Source: a virus
Taxonomy: Duplodnaviria; Caudoviricetes
DNA length: 38,635 nucleotides
IMG/VR virus record: IMGVR_UViG_3300012948_000008
Span: 1-38,635 of that record
Strand: one strand, 5' to 3'
Shown here: positions 7,873-16,730 of the stretch, piece by piece
How the letters are laid out: each line of letters begins with the position of its first letter
Position numbering within the stretch: position 1 is the stretch's first letter
Position numbers and translations under genes: made by a program
Notes under the pieces: model-generated
What the model was told of the DNA's origin: nothing
What the model saw: only the letters and a program-made list of their open reading frames with translations
The model's database searches: none

Positions 7873-9861
7873 ATGAGCAAGCGCGCGGGAAACGGCAAGC
7901 GGCGGCAATTCGCCGAGGTACTCGAAAGGGTTTATGAGTTGCCTTTTGTGATCGCGCGTGATGCGGCGATCGACGACGAGGCCCGCACAGTCGAGCTCTC
8001 GATCTCATCCGACGCGCCGATCGATCATTGGTTCGGCCGGATCATTCTCGATCACTCCGCGAGCTCAGTACGCCTTGATCGCATGCGCGCGGGCGCGCCC
8101 TTACTTCTCAATCACTCGGTCGATCAGCAAATCGGGGTACTCGAAAACGCGCGGCTCGATGAGGGCAAGTTAAGAGCAACGGCGCGCTTCTCACGCTCAA
8201 CCCTGGCGACCGAAATTTTTCAAGATATCAAAGACGGGATCCGCCGCAATACGTCGGCCGGTTTCATCCTTCACGAGCTCGACTTAGAACAAAAAAGCGA
8301 CAAGGGCCCGAACACTTACCGCTCGAAAGACTGGGAGCCGCTCGAAGCTTCGATCGCCGCCGTGCCGCGAGACATAAGTGTAGGCGTTGGCCGCTCATTG
8401 CGGGCCGAGGGCGACGACGACGAAGAGAACCAAAACGATCCCGAGGACGATCCCGCCGACGACAAAGATCCGACCGACGAAGAGGAAACCGCAGCGCGCG
8501 CCGCCCGGGCGGCCGCCGGAAAAACTTTGCAAGTGAGGACTCAAAACATGGAAACGATCACGCCGCCCGCGCCGAATCCTTTCGCGCTTATGACCGAGCG
8601 CACGCAATCCTTTGTCACGTTCGCCGTTGGCTTCGGGAGTACCGACGAGCGCAAAGCCGAGCTCGAAGAGATGGCCCGCGAGTATGCCCTCACGAACAAA
8701 ACCGAAACCGAATTTTTCGCGGCGATCAATGACAAGCGCGCGGCCTGGCAGACCGCTTTGCCGAAAGCCGCGCCGATCGTCTCGTTGACTGACAGCGAGC
8801 GCAAGCGCTACTCGATCGCCCGAGCGATCCTCAGCGACGCCAACGCGCGCGATCGGGATTACCGCGGCGAGACGCAATGCTTCGAGCTCGATATCTCACA
8901 AGAGATCGAGCGCAAGCTCGACGCGCCCGGCGCAAAGAAACACGGCGGCTTTTACATGCCGACCGGGATCGCCCTGGCCCGCGGCCTCGAACTACAACGC
9001 GCGGGCCTCGATACGAAAACGGCGACCAAAGGGCAAGAGCTTGTCTTTACCGAGCCCGGCTCGTTTATCGAAATGTTACGCAACCGGGCCAAGGTGATGT
9101 TGCTCGGCGCAACCGTTTTGCCCGGCCTGACCGGCAACGTCGCCTTTCCGCGGCAAACCGGCGCGGGTACGTTCGTGTGGGTGGGTGAGAATCCCGGCGC
9201 GGACGTGGCCGACTCTAACCTCTTGCTCGATCAAGTCGTGCTCTCGCCTAAGACCGGCCAAAGCTCGACGAGCTACTCGCGACAACTTCTGCAACAAGGC
9301 GTCGCCAACGTCGACGGGCTCGTACAAAACGATCTCGTGCAGATCAACGCCCTGGCGATCGATGCCGCGTCGATTCATGGCGCGGGCGCGCCCGCGCCTA
9401 CCGGGATCTATTCCCTGACGGGCGTCAATGCCGTGGCCATGGGCGGCGCGATCACGTTCGCCAAAGTGGTCGACATGGAAACCGTGATCGAGGCGAATAA
9501 CGCCGACGTCGGGACCATGGCTTATCTGACGACGCCCGAGATCGGCGGCAAGGCAAAGCAAGCGCCCGTCCTGGCCAACACGATCGGGTTGCCGATCTGG
9601 CAAAACGGCCAAATGAACGGCTTCCGCGCCGAGGTATCAAACCAAGTTAGCAAGACGCTCGGGGCCGGGGCCGAGCACGGGATCGTCTTTGGCGTTTGGT
9701 CCGAATTGATGATCGGCGAGTGGGGCGCGCTCGAAATAATCACGGATCCCTACCGCTTGAAAAAGCAAGGCATGATCGAGGTGACGAGCTTCGTTATGGT
9801 CGACGTTAACGCGCGGCATGCTAAGGCATTCTCGAAAGGGACCGGCTTAACGAACACCTAA
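7873..9861 (+). CDS. Fused HK97-type prohead protease and major capsid protein
   Basis: Protease motifs PLLLNH, QIGVLE, NTSAGF, W.PLEAS..VP.D; acidic linker; HK97-fold capsid (FPRQTG, WVGEN, FGVWSE, TDPY). Confidence 0.93.
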   Translation: MSKRAGNGKRRQFAEVLERVYELPFVIARDAAIDDEARTVELSISSDAPIDHWFGRIILDHSASSVRLDRMRAGAPLLLNHSVDQQIGVLENARLDEGKLRATARFSRSTLATEIFQDIKDGIRRNTSAGFILHELDLEQKSDKGPNTYRSKDWEPLEASIAAVPRDISVGVGRSLRAEGDDDEENQNDPEDDPADDKDPTDEEETAARAARAAAGKTLQVRTQNMETITPPAPNPFALMTERTQSFVTFAVGFGSTDERKAELEEMAREYALTNKTETEFFAAINDKRAAWQTALPKAAPIVSLTDSERKRYSIARAILSDANARDRDYRGETQCFELDISQEIERKLDAPGAKKHGGFYMPTGIALARGLELQRAGLDTKTATKGQELVFTEPGSFIEMLRNRAKVMLLGATVLPGLTGNVAFPRQTGAGTFVWVGENPGADVADSNLLLDQVVLSPKTGQSSTSYSRQLLQQGVANVDGLVQNDLVQINALAIDAASIHGAGAPAPTGIYSLTGVNAVAMGGAITFAKVVDMETVIEANNADVGTMAYLTTPEIGGKAKQAPVLANTIGLPIWQNGQMNGFRAEVSNQVSKTLGAGAEHGIVFGVWSELMIGEWGALEIITDPYRLKKQGMIEVTSFVMVDVNARHAKAFSKGTGLTNT

Positions 9862-9949
9862 GCCGCCGGGTGAGGGGCGCGGGAGCTCGGGCTCGATGAT
9901 TACTCGCCGCGGTTACTTCGCGCGGCGCTACTGGAGAGAAAGAGGGAAT

Positions 9950-10204
9950 ATGCCGCCGGTAGGCTTCGGCCGCACAGACAAAACCCGCCGCGTGCGCTTT
10001 CGCTCAAACGTTTGTTTCGGCGGCACTGACTACGGCCCCGACTATGCCGAGGACGAGGCCGACGTGCCGATCAATTTTGCCTTTGAGCTCGTCAACGATG
10101 GCCGGGCCGAGTTGATCGACGAGGGGCCCGACGAGGCCGAGCTCGACGAGACGATCGGCCGCGAGGCCGCGCCGAAAAAGACCACGAAGGGAGCGCGCAA
10201 ATAA
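9950..10204 (+). CDS. Small post-capsid head-associated protein
   Basis: AGAGGG RBS; A.ELV..GRAE motif and basic tail typical of small genes that follow MCP. Confidence 0.65.
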   Translation: MPPVGFGRTDKTRRVRFRSNVCFGGTDYGPDYAEDEADVPINFAFELVNDGRAELIDEGPDEAELDETIGREAAPKKTTKGARK

Positions 10205-10205
10205 C

Positions 10206-10547
10206 ACGCCGAGCGGATATGAGAAAGCGGATCTCGCGTCTTTCTTTGCCGAGGATGGCGTCGGCGAGCGCGGACATATAACCGGCCCGGCGGGCTTCGT
10301 GCTCGACGTGCTCGGGATCTTTGACAGCGGGTGGCAAGACGTTTCGCTTTATGCCGAGACAAACGTCGACACAACCGAGCCCGTTTTCGAATGCGCCTCG
10401 ATCGACGTGGCGACCGTTAAAAAGGGCATGGTCTTAAACATGCCCGGGCTCGAAGCGCACGAGGATGGTTTCGGGATCTCTTATCGCATCGAGCGCCTCG
10501 CGCCCGCGGGCGTGCAATCAACGCGGATCTTTTTGAGGGCCCTTTGA
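10206..10547 (+). CDS. Head-tail joining protein, gpFII-like; probable ACG start
   Basis: The frame is open upstream of the GTG at 10299 and encodes the family-like N-terminus ADLASFFAEDG, followed by V.GIFD and a beta-rich core. Confidence 0.7.
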   Translation, partial: TPSGYEKADLASFFAEDGVGERGHITGPAGFVLDVLGIFDSGWQDVSLYAETNVDTTEPVFECASIDVATVKKGMVLNMPGLEAHEDGFGISYRIERLAPAGVQSTRIFLRAL

Positions 10548-10548
10548 T

Positions 10549-11121
10549 ATGGATCGGATCTTTCCCTGGCTCGCTTCTCTTTTGCTGGCGCTTTGTCTCA
10601 GCGGCGGCGGGGTGGCCCAAGGCGACACGGCTATGACGACGCCGCTTACAAAGCGCCAACAAGTGATCGACAAGATGATCGCGCGCCTGGGCCGGATCCA
10701 AATCGCGAACGGCTTCGCGACCGATATCGGGACCACGCCCGCCGACGATTGGCCGACGCGATACAGCGAGGATGAGTTAAGAGAAGCAACGCGGCTCGGC
10801 GTTTTTGATCTGACTAACAAAAGCTTTCAAGAGTATCCCGAAGAGAAAAAGATCTCGAATATCTTACCGATGCAAATTCGGATCTTTCATTCGCGCGAAA
10901 CGACGCCCGCCGAGTTGCGCTTGATGATCGCCGACGTGCAAAAGGCGATTATCGAGGATGAGCTCAGCGGCGCGCGCGACGCAACGCTCGGCGGCCTGGC
11001 CGTCGACATGAAACCCGACGAGGACGGTTTCATTATTCCGAAAGAGACTTTCGAGATCGAGGGCGCGGCCGTCGGGTTTACGGTCGAATATTTAAACGCG
11101 CCTTTTGACGCTTACGAGTGA
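10549..11121 (+). CDS. Tail terminator/completion protein
   Basis: KRQQVI..L..I..ANGF.TD.G and TLGGLA.D motifs; lies directly before the tail tube gene. Confidence 0.7.
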   Translation: MDRIFPWLASLLLALCLSGGGVAQGDTAMTTPLTKRQQVIDKMIARLGRIQIANGFATDIGTTPADDWPTRYSEDELREATRLGVFDLTNKSFQEYPEEKKISNILPMQIRIFHSRETTPAELRLMIADVQKAIIEDELSGARDATLGGLAVDMKPDEDGFIIPKETFEIEGAAVGFTVEYLNAPFDAYE

Positions 11122-11137
11122 AAGCGAGGGTCGAGGC

Positions 11138-11902
11138 ATGGGCGTTAAATATTTTATCGGCGCGGGTGACATTTACGTTGCGAAACTAGATCCGAATTTT
11201 AACCCGCTCGACTTTCGCAACGTCGGCGAGGCCCCGGTCTTTGAATTCGATCCGACGATCGAATATGCCGACAACTGGGCCACGAACAAACTAACGCCGA
11301 ATCTGCAAGATCTACACGCGCCGATCAAAAATACTGCAACCGTACACCTCACGATCAAAGAGCGCACGGCCGAAAACTTAGAGCTCGAATTGTTTGGTGT
11401 AGCCAGTCAAGATGCCGCCGGATCGTATACGGGCAATGATGCCTTTCCCGATGGTATTCTCGCCGGGCAGACAGTCATGATCCCGGGCGGGCATATCGGC
11501 ATAAGCGCGCTTGTGATCAAAGACTCATCGGCCACGCCCGCGACCGTGGCCCCGACAAAATATCAAGTCAACCCTGACGCGCCTTTCGTGACGTTTCTCG
11601 ACGTGACCGGATTAACGCAACCGTTCAAGGCTTTCTCGTACAGTTACGATGACAGCGACGTGGTAACGATTTTGGAAAAGCCGACGCCCGAGCTTTGCAT
11701 CGTCTTTGATGGCCGCAACCTGGCGACGCCCGAGCGGATCTGGTGTCGGCTCGATCGTGTCTCCCTGGGCCCGGCGGCCAAGGTGACGATCAAGAGCGGC
11801 ACGGCGACCGGCACGGGTAACACGGCCGCGGTTTATGAGCTTACCGGCGCGGCCTTGATCGTGCCTGGCCGCGTCTCGTACGGCGAGTATCGCAGTTATT
11901 GA
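11138..11902 (+). CDS. Major tail tube protein
   Basis: GAGG RBS; YFIGAGDIYVA...FRNVGEAP.F, ENL.L.L.G; precedes the chaperone and tape measure genes. Confidence 0.85.
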   Translation: MGVKYFIGAGDIYVAKLDPNFNPLDFRNVGEAPVFEFDPTIEYADNWATNKLTPNLQDLHAPIKNTATVHLTIKERTAENLELELFGVASQDAAGSYTGNDAFPDGILAGQTVMIPGGHIGISALVIKDSSATPATVAPTKYQVNPDAPFVTFLDVTGLTQPFKAFSYSYDDSDVVTILEKPTPELCIVFDGRNLATPERIWCRLDRVSLGPAAKVTIKSGTATGTGNTAAVYELTGAALIVPGRVSYGEYRSY

Positions 11903-11904
11903 TC

Positions 11905-11994
11905 ATGGCGCAACGAGTGTATGCCGCGATCGCCCTCTTGCTTTGGTTTGCGATTCTCGTCGCGGTTGCTTTGAGAAACCGACGCCGCCCTTAA
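11905..11994 (+). CDS. 29-aa single-transmembrane peptide
   Basis: MAQRVYAAIALLLWFAILVAVALRNRRRP, starting 2 nt after the tail tube stop. Confidence 0.45.
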   Translation: MAQRVYAAIALLLWFAILVAVALRNRRRP

Positions 11995-12080
11995 AATTCC
12001 CGCCCCGCCGCCCGGCCCTCGCAACCGTGCGGCGCGCCCGCAAAACAAAATCAATTTTCATGTTGTGAAAGTGTGAAGTT

Positions 12081-12479
12081 ATGCCAAAGGTTAACGTCAG
12101 TCAGTTTGTCGCGGCGACGCGAACGATCATTGTGCCGCTTACTTTCGAGGATGACGCGGGCGAGCGTCAAACCGAGGGCTTTAAAGTCGTTTACAAAGCT
12201 TATTCGCCGCGCGTCGCGCGCCAAATGGACGAGCTACAAAAACAGAGCGCCGACAGCATCACAGAGGTACTCGCGGCGATCGTCGTAAGCATTCCCGAGA
12301 TCGGCAACGGCGAGGGCCCGATCGCGATCACGGCCGAGAATCTCGATCAATTCTCTAATGAAAATCTTTTGGCGATTTACAAAGCGATCGTCGATGACGT
12401 GCGCCCTATTCAAGCGCCGAAGCAACCCGCCGACTCGCCCTCTTTCTCCGCGACGGCAGCGACGGCGCGGAGTCAATAG
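12081..12479 (+). CDS. Tail assembly chaperone (gpG-like)
   Basis: Size and position between tail tube and tape measure genes. Confidence 0.75.
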   Translation: MPKVNVSQFVAATRTIIVPLTFEDDAGERQTEGFKVVYKAYSPRVARQMDELQKQSADSITEVLAAIVVSIPEIGNGEGPIAITAENLDQFSNENLLAIYKAIVDDVRPIQAPKQPADSPSFSATAATARSQ

Positions 12480-12661
12480 TGCCCGAGTTGGCTTCGTTGG
12501 CTTTGTCGGTTCGCTTTAAAAAAAGCTTTACCGAGATCGACGAAGGATGGAGTCAACGCGATGTAAATCTCGCTTTCTTTTTTTTGCGAGCTCAAGCCCT
12601 GGCGGCTGAGCCTAACCACCTTGAATTTTACCGGCAAATCTCTTTGCTGAGCGACGAGTAA
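12404..12661 (+). CDS. gpT-like extension, probably reached by -1 frameshift from gpG
   Basis: -1 frame is open from 12398 to 12661 and overlaps the last ~25 codons of gpG. Confidence 0.55.
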   Translation, partial: PYSSAEATRRLALFLRDGSDGAESIVPELASLALSVRFKKSFTEIDEGWSQRDVNLAFFFLRAQALAAEPNHLEFYRQISLLSDE

Positions 12662-12665
12662 GAAA

Positions 12666-15050
12666 GTGGCGACTAGAGATATCACAGCTTTCCGCGAGCG
12701 CGTCGAGATCGTCGTCGATAACGTGCGTGCCTCGGCCGCTCTCCGCGATACCGAAAAGCAACTCGACAAGTTAACTGGCGTCTTTAAAACCGGCCTCGGG
12801 GTTTTTAACAAAGAGTCGGCCGAAAGCATCGAGAAGATCGACAAGATCGGCGGCTCGTTTGGATCCTTGCTCAGCGGGCCCGTCGGCATGGCCGCCGGGA
12901 TCTTCACTTCGATCGCGGGCTCAGTCGGCGGCGCGGGGTATGCCCTTTTTCAGTTAGCCGATCGCGCGGCCGAGGCGGGCGACAAGATTTTTGAGCTCAG
13001 CGAAAAATCAGGTTTCAGTGCGCGCACGATCTCGGCTTTCAAACTCGCGGCCGAGGCGGGCGGCTCGACGATCGAAGACTTCGCCGCCGGGCTCTCAAAA
13101 TTCAATATTAATATGGCCGCGGCGGCCGAGGGTAACGAGAAGCTCGGCAAAGCTTTTCAACGCATGGGCGTTGATGTGACGGCCGGGCTTAAAAATCCCG
13201 ACGCGGCGCTCGCGCAGTTTATGAAGCGCTTTGCCGAGTTGCCCACAAATCAAGAGCGCGTGATCGCGGCGTCGGAAATATTCGGCAAAAAGTTTGGGGC
13301 CAATCTCGTCGGCACGTTCAACCAAGCGGGCGGCGATCTCGATGCTTTCATGGCCAAAATGGAAAAGCTCGGGATCGTAATTGATGACGAGACGGCCAAA
13401 ACCTCAAACGAATTCGAAGATCTGAAAAAACAATTCGAGACGCAATTCGGCGCGATGACGCGTACGATCGGCTATGAGACGTTGCCCGCGTTTATGACGT
13501 TTTTCACTGACGTTAACGCGAGTCTCGAAGCGAATCAAAAACACTGGAAAGAGTGGGGCGAGACGACGGCGGGCGTAATTCTCACGGCCGAGGGTTTAGT
13601 GATCAGTTTCGGAAAGACCGTGCATGATCACTGGGACGAAATGTTGACGCCGGTCACGGGTCAAGCGCAGTTTCTTTATCACTGGTTCGAAAATCTCAAG
13701 ACGAGCACAAAAGAGCTCGTCGATCAATATGAAATGTTCAAGGGCGAGGCCTACGGCGGCGAGTTGACCGCGGGCCGCGGCGTCATGCCCCGCAAGGGCC
13801 TGGGCATCGGCGAGGATGGCGACGGCGACGGCGGCGGGAAAAAAGCGCGGGCCGTCAAGGCGATCGCGGATCCGCTAAAACAATTTAGAGATCTGACGGA
13901 TCGCCTTTCGGCCAGTCTCGAAAACTGGGGCGATAAAACGGAACTAGCGCGCGTAAAGCAAGAGCTCTTACGGATCAAGATCGGGACCGTGACCGACGCG
14001 CAGCGAAAAGAGATCGAAGCGCTCGCCGCCCTGGCCCAAGCCTACGCCGATCAAATCGACGCGCGCCGCAAACTCGACGACGAAACCAAAAAGCAAGCGC
14101 AACAAATGGAAGAGGCCGACGCTTACTTTAAGCAGTTCGTCGCCGATCAACGGCAAGATCTTGAACGCCTAACCGGAGTCACACATACGGCGCACGAAGC
14201 GGCCGAGGCCTTTCTCACGGCCTACAAAAACATGGGCGGCCAAATCGAGGACGTTAACGCCTATGTGATCCGCCTCAACGCTTCGCTGATGGACACGATC
14301 AACTTGGCGGGCAAGCTCGGCGATAAGGTAGACGATCGCGTGGCCGCTTTCGGCGACATGATCGCCAAGTCGGGCGAGGGCCTGACCAAAGACTTTACCG
14401 ACAAGGCCGGTCAAGACTTTCGCGAAGAGCTCGCCAAGGCCGGGCCGCCGCCCTCGGCCTTGCCGAAGTGGAAACACTTTTTCACCGAGGGCCTAATGGG
14501 CGCGTTGCAAGAGGTGGCCGCGCGCGCGCCGCAGCAACAAGTGGGCAAAAAGCGCGGCCTCTTTTCGAAGATCCTCGGCTACGCTTCGCCGTTTCTTTCT
14601 TTGATCCCGGGCGTCGGTCCAATCCTTTCCATGGCCGCGGGCGCTTTAAGCTCGGGCCTGGGGGGTGACTGGGGCGGCGCGATCACGCAAGGCGTTGGGG
14701 CCTTTCGCGGGATCCAAAGCTATCAAGCGGCGCATGCGGGACCGTTCGCGGGCGTCACGGGCGGGGCCAGCGGCGGCCCGGCGGCGCGCGCCATGGGCGG
14801 CCCGGTTAGTGCGGGCGAGTCTTACCTCGTCGGCGAGCATGGGCCCGAGCTCTTTACACCCGGCGGCGGCGGCATGATCGCCTCGGCGCATATGACGGCC
14901 GTTCTCGCCGACTTGCGTCGCGAGATCTCCCGCCTCGGCAACATGCCCGCCGAGCACGTCGTTATGAAGGGCGCGCGCGGCCTGGCCCGGGCCATGGACA
15001 GCGATGCGAGTCTCTCGGAGTCATACGGGCGGCGCTTGCGCCTGGCTTGA
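12666..15050 (+). CDS. Tail tape measure protein
   Basis: 794 aa, Ala/Gly-rich and helical; C-terminal RAMGGPV..G..YLVGE.GPELF.P motif. Confidence 0.93.
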   Translation: MATRDITAFRERVEIVVDNVRASAALRDTEKQLDKLTGVFKTGLGVFNKESAESIEKIDKIGGSFGSLLSGPVGMAAGIFTSIAGSVGGAGYALFQLADRAAEAGDKIFELSEKSGFSARTISAFKLAAEAGGSTIEDFAAGLSKFNINMAAAAEGNEKLGKAFQRMGVDVTAGLKNPDAALAQFMKRFAELPTNQERVIAASEIFGKKFGANLVGTFNQAGGDLDAFMAKMEKLGIVIDDETAKTSNEFEDLKKQFETQFGAMTRTIGYETLPAFMTFFTDVNASLEANQKHWKEWGETTAGVILTAEGLVISFGKTVHDHWDEMLTPVTGQAQFLYHWFENLKTSTKELVDQYEMFKGEAYGGELTAGRGVMPRKGLGIGEDGDGDGGGKKARAVKAIADPLKQFRDLTDRLSASLENWGDKTELARVKQELLRIKIGTVTDAQRKEIEALAALAQAYADQIDARRKLDDETKKQAQQMEEADAYFKQFVADQRQDLERLTGVTHTAHEAAEAFLTAYKNMGGQIEDVNAYVIRLNASLMDTINLAGKLGDKVDDRVAAFGDMIAKSGEGLTKDFTDKAGQDFREELAKAGPPPSALPKWKHFFTEGLMGALQEVAARAPQQQVGKKRGLFSKILGYASPFLSLIPGVGPILSMAAGALSSGLGGDWGGAITQGVGAFRGIQSYQAAHAGPFAGVTGGASGGPAARAMGGPVSAGESYLVGEHGPELFTPGGGGMIASAHMTAVLADLRREISRLGNMPAEHVVMKGARGLARAMDSDASLSESYGRRLRLA

Positions 15051-15192
15051 GGCGTACGGGGTTTTTCGCGCCTCGTGCAAGCTTCGGATTGCAGCGGGGC
15101 GCGGGAAAGACGCGGCGGCCTTTTGATGAGCGCGTCAAAAGGGGGCGAGCTTGAGAGTGGCCGCCGCGCTCTTGAAAAGAAAGGTTTTTTCA

Positions 15193-15819
15193 ATGAGTCA
15201 ACCGACTGTTCAAATTATCGATCTCTCGCATCACAACACGATCCCGCAAGATCTGACGGCGACCAAAGCCGCGGGCGTGCTCGGCCTCATTCACAAACTA
15301 ACCGAGGGCTCGGGCTTTGTGGATGAGAAAGCCGCGGCCCGTAACTATCTCGCCGACGAGGCCGGGCTCTTGTGGGGCGTCTATCATTTTTTGCGGCCGG
15401 GCGATATGGCCGCGCAAGTCGATTTTTTCGTTAAGACGGCGCGCGAGCTCGATGTGCTCGACGATCGCTCGCTCGTTTGTGTCGACTATGAAGATCCCGA
15501 CGTCAGTCTCGCCGAGCTTTACGAGGCGCTTGCGGCCATGCGGACGCTGACCGGCCGCGCGCCCGTGCTCTATGCGGGCGGCGTGCTCAAAGACAAGGGC
15601 GGGGCCGAGGCCTTGCCCGAGTTGCGCGCTTTCCGGCTTTGGCTCGCGCAGTACGCCGACGAGCTCGTTTTACCCGCGGGCTTCGATCATTTTTGGGCCT
15701 GGCAGTTTACCGACGAGGGCACGATCGCGGGCGTCAATTCACCCGTGGATCTCAACCACTACGCCAAAGCGCCCGAGCGCTTGCGGCTCGACTGGGCGCA
15801 CGCCGAAATGCCCTGTTAA
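15193..15819 (+). CDS. GH25 muramidase (endolysin)
   Basis: IDLSHHN, KLTEG, GVYHF, DYE catalytic DxE, LWLAQY, WQFT, VDLN. Confidence 0.93.
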   Translation: MSQPTVQIIDLSHHNTIPQDLTATKAAGVLGLIHKLTEGSGFVDEKAAARNYLADEAGLLWGVYHFLRPGDMAAQVDFFVKTARELDVLDDRSLVCVDYEDPDVSLAELYEALAAMRTLTGRAPVLYAGGVLKDKGGAEALPELRAFRLWLAQYADELVLPAGFDHFWAWQFTDEGTIAGVNSPVDLNHYAKAPERLRLDWAHAEMPC

Positions 15820-15822
15820 CGG

Positions 15823-16248
15823 ATGGCTTACGAGACGCTCAAGACTGACGGATTTTTGATCACGGCGACCGGCTCGGGCTTTGTCATGGCCCGGGCGGGT
15901 TTCGGCGACGGTTACGACACGGCGATCAACGTCGAGCAAGAGCGGCGCAACTGGAAAATAAAGATCGACGTCTTGCCCGATCTCCCGGGCTCGCCCTTGG
16001 TCGATAGCCAAACCCGGGCGCTTTACCTTTGGGATTTTTTCACGGCCCGCAAAGCCGAGGGCGACGCGCCCTTTTGGTTGAAAGATCCAAAAGACGATCT
16101 CTTATACCTGGCGGCTTTTGCGGCTGATGCTTTGAGTTATGAGATCCTCGCGTCACACGTTTATGCAAGCGGCCTCGACTTAGTTCAGCGGCGCAAGAGT
16201 GATCAAACGTCGCCGATCACAGATCCCGGGAGCGGGATCGGACCATGA
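15823..16248 (+). CDS. Distal-tail-like minor tail protein, paralog 1
   Basis: FGDGY...W...LWDFF..RK.EG..PFW.KDP pattern (gpM/Dit-like); downstream of the tape measure gene. Confidence 0.65.
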   Translation: MAYETLKTDGFLITATGSGFVMARAGFGDGYDTAINVEQERRNWKIKIDVLPDLPGSPLVDSQTRALYLWDFFTARKAEGDAPFWLKDPKDDLLYLAAFAADALSYEILASHVYASGLDLVQRRKSDQTSPITDPGSGIGP

Positions 16249-16727
16249 CGGAACGTCTACGCACAACCGGCTTTTTATTCAAGCAAACCGAGATCGGATC
16301 CGCCGTGCTCTCGGCCGACTACGGCGACGCCTATCGGTCGCCCGGGGCCGTGATCGGCGCGGCCCTGCGAAAGTGGACCGCACGGATCGAGGTATTACCC
16401 GACGACGGCCGCGGCGGGTTTGTCGAGGGCCAAGCGCGGGCCTCTTATCTTTGGGACTTCTGGCGCGCCTCGAAGGCCGCGGCCGACGCGCCCTTTTGGC
16501 TTTACGATTACAAAGATGATCTCTTTTACCTGGCGAGCTTCGCCGACGACGATCTCAGTTTTGACATGCTTTGCGCGAAAGTATTCGCGACCGGCTTAAA
16601 TTTTCGCGAGCGCCGGATCGCGGGCGTCACCTCGCCGATCGTGAGCTTTCCGATCCTCGACGAGCAAGCGGGCGCGGCGATCTCCGATGAAACGGGCGAC
16701 GAGCTTCTCGAAGAGGGGATTTACTGA
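16245..16727 (+). CDS. Distal-tail-like minor tail protein, paralog 2, with acidic C-terminal extension
   Basis: Colinear with paralog 1 (VLPD, YLWDF, DAPFWL.D.KDDL.YLA.FA.D.LS). Confidence 0.65.
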   Translation: MTERLRTTGFLFKQTEIGSAVLSADYGDAYRSPGAVIGAALRKWTARIEVLPDDGRGGFVEGQARASYLWDFWRASKAAADAPFWLYDYKDDLFYLASFADDDLSFDMLCAKVFATGLNFRERRIAGVTSPIVSFPILDEQAGAAISDETGDELLEEGIY

Positions 16728-16730
16728 GCC

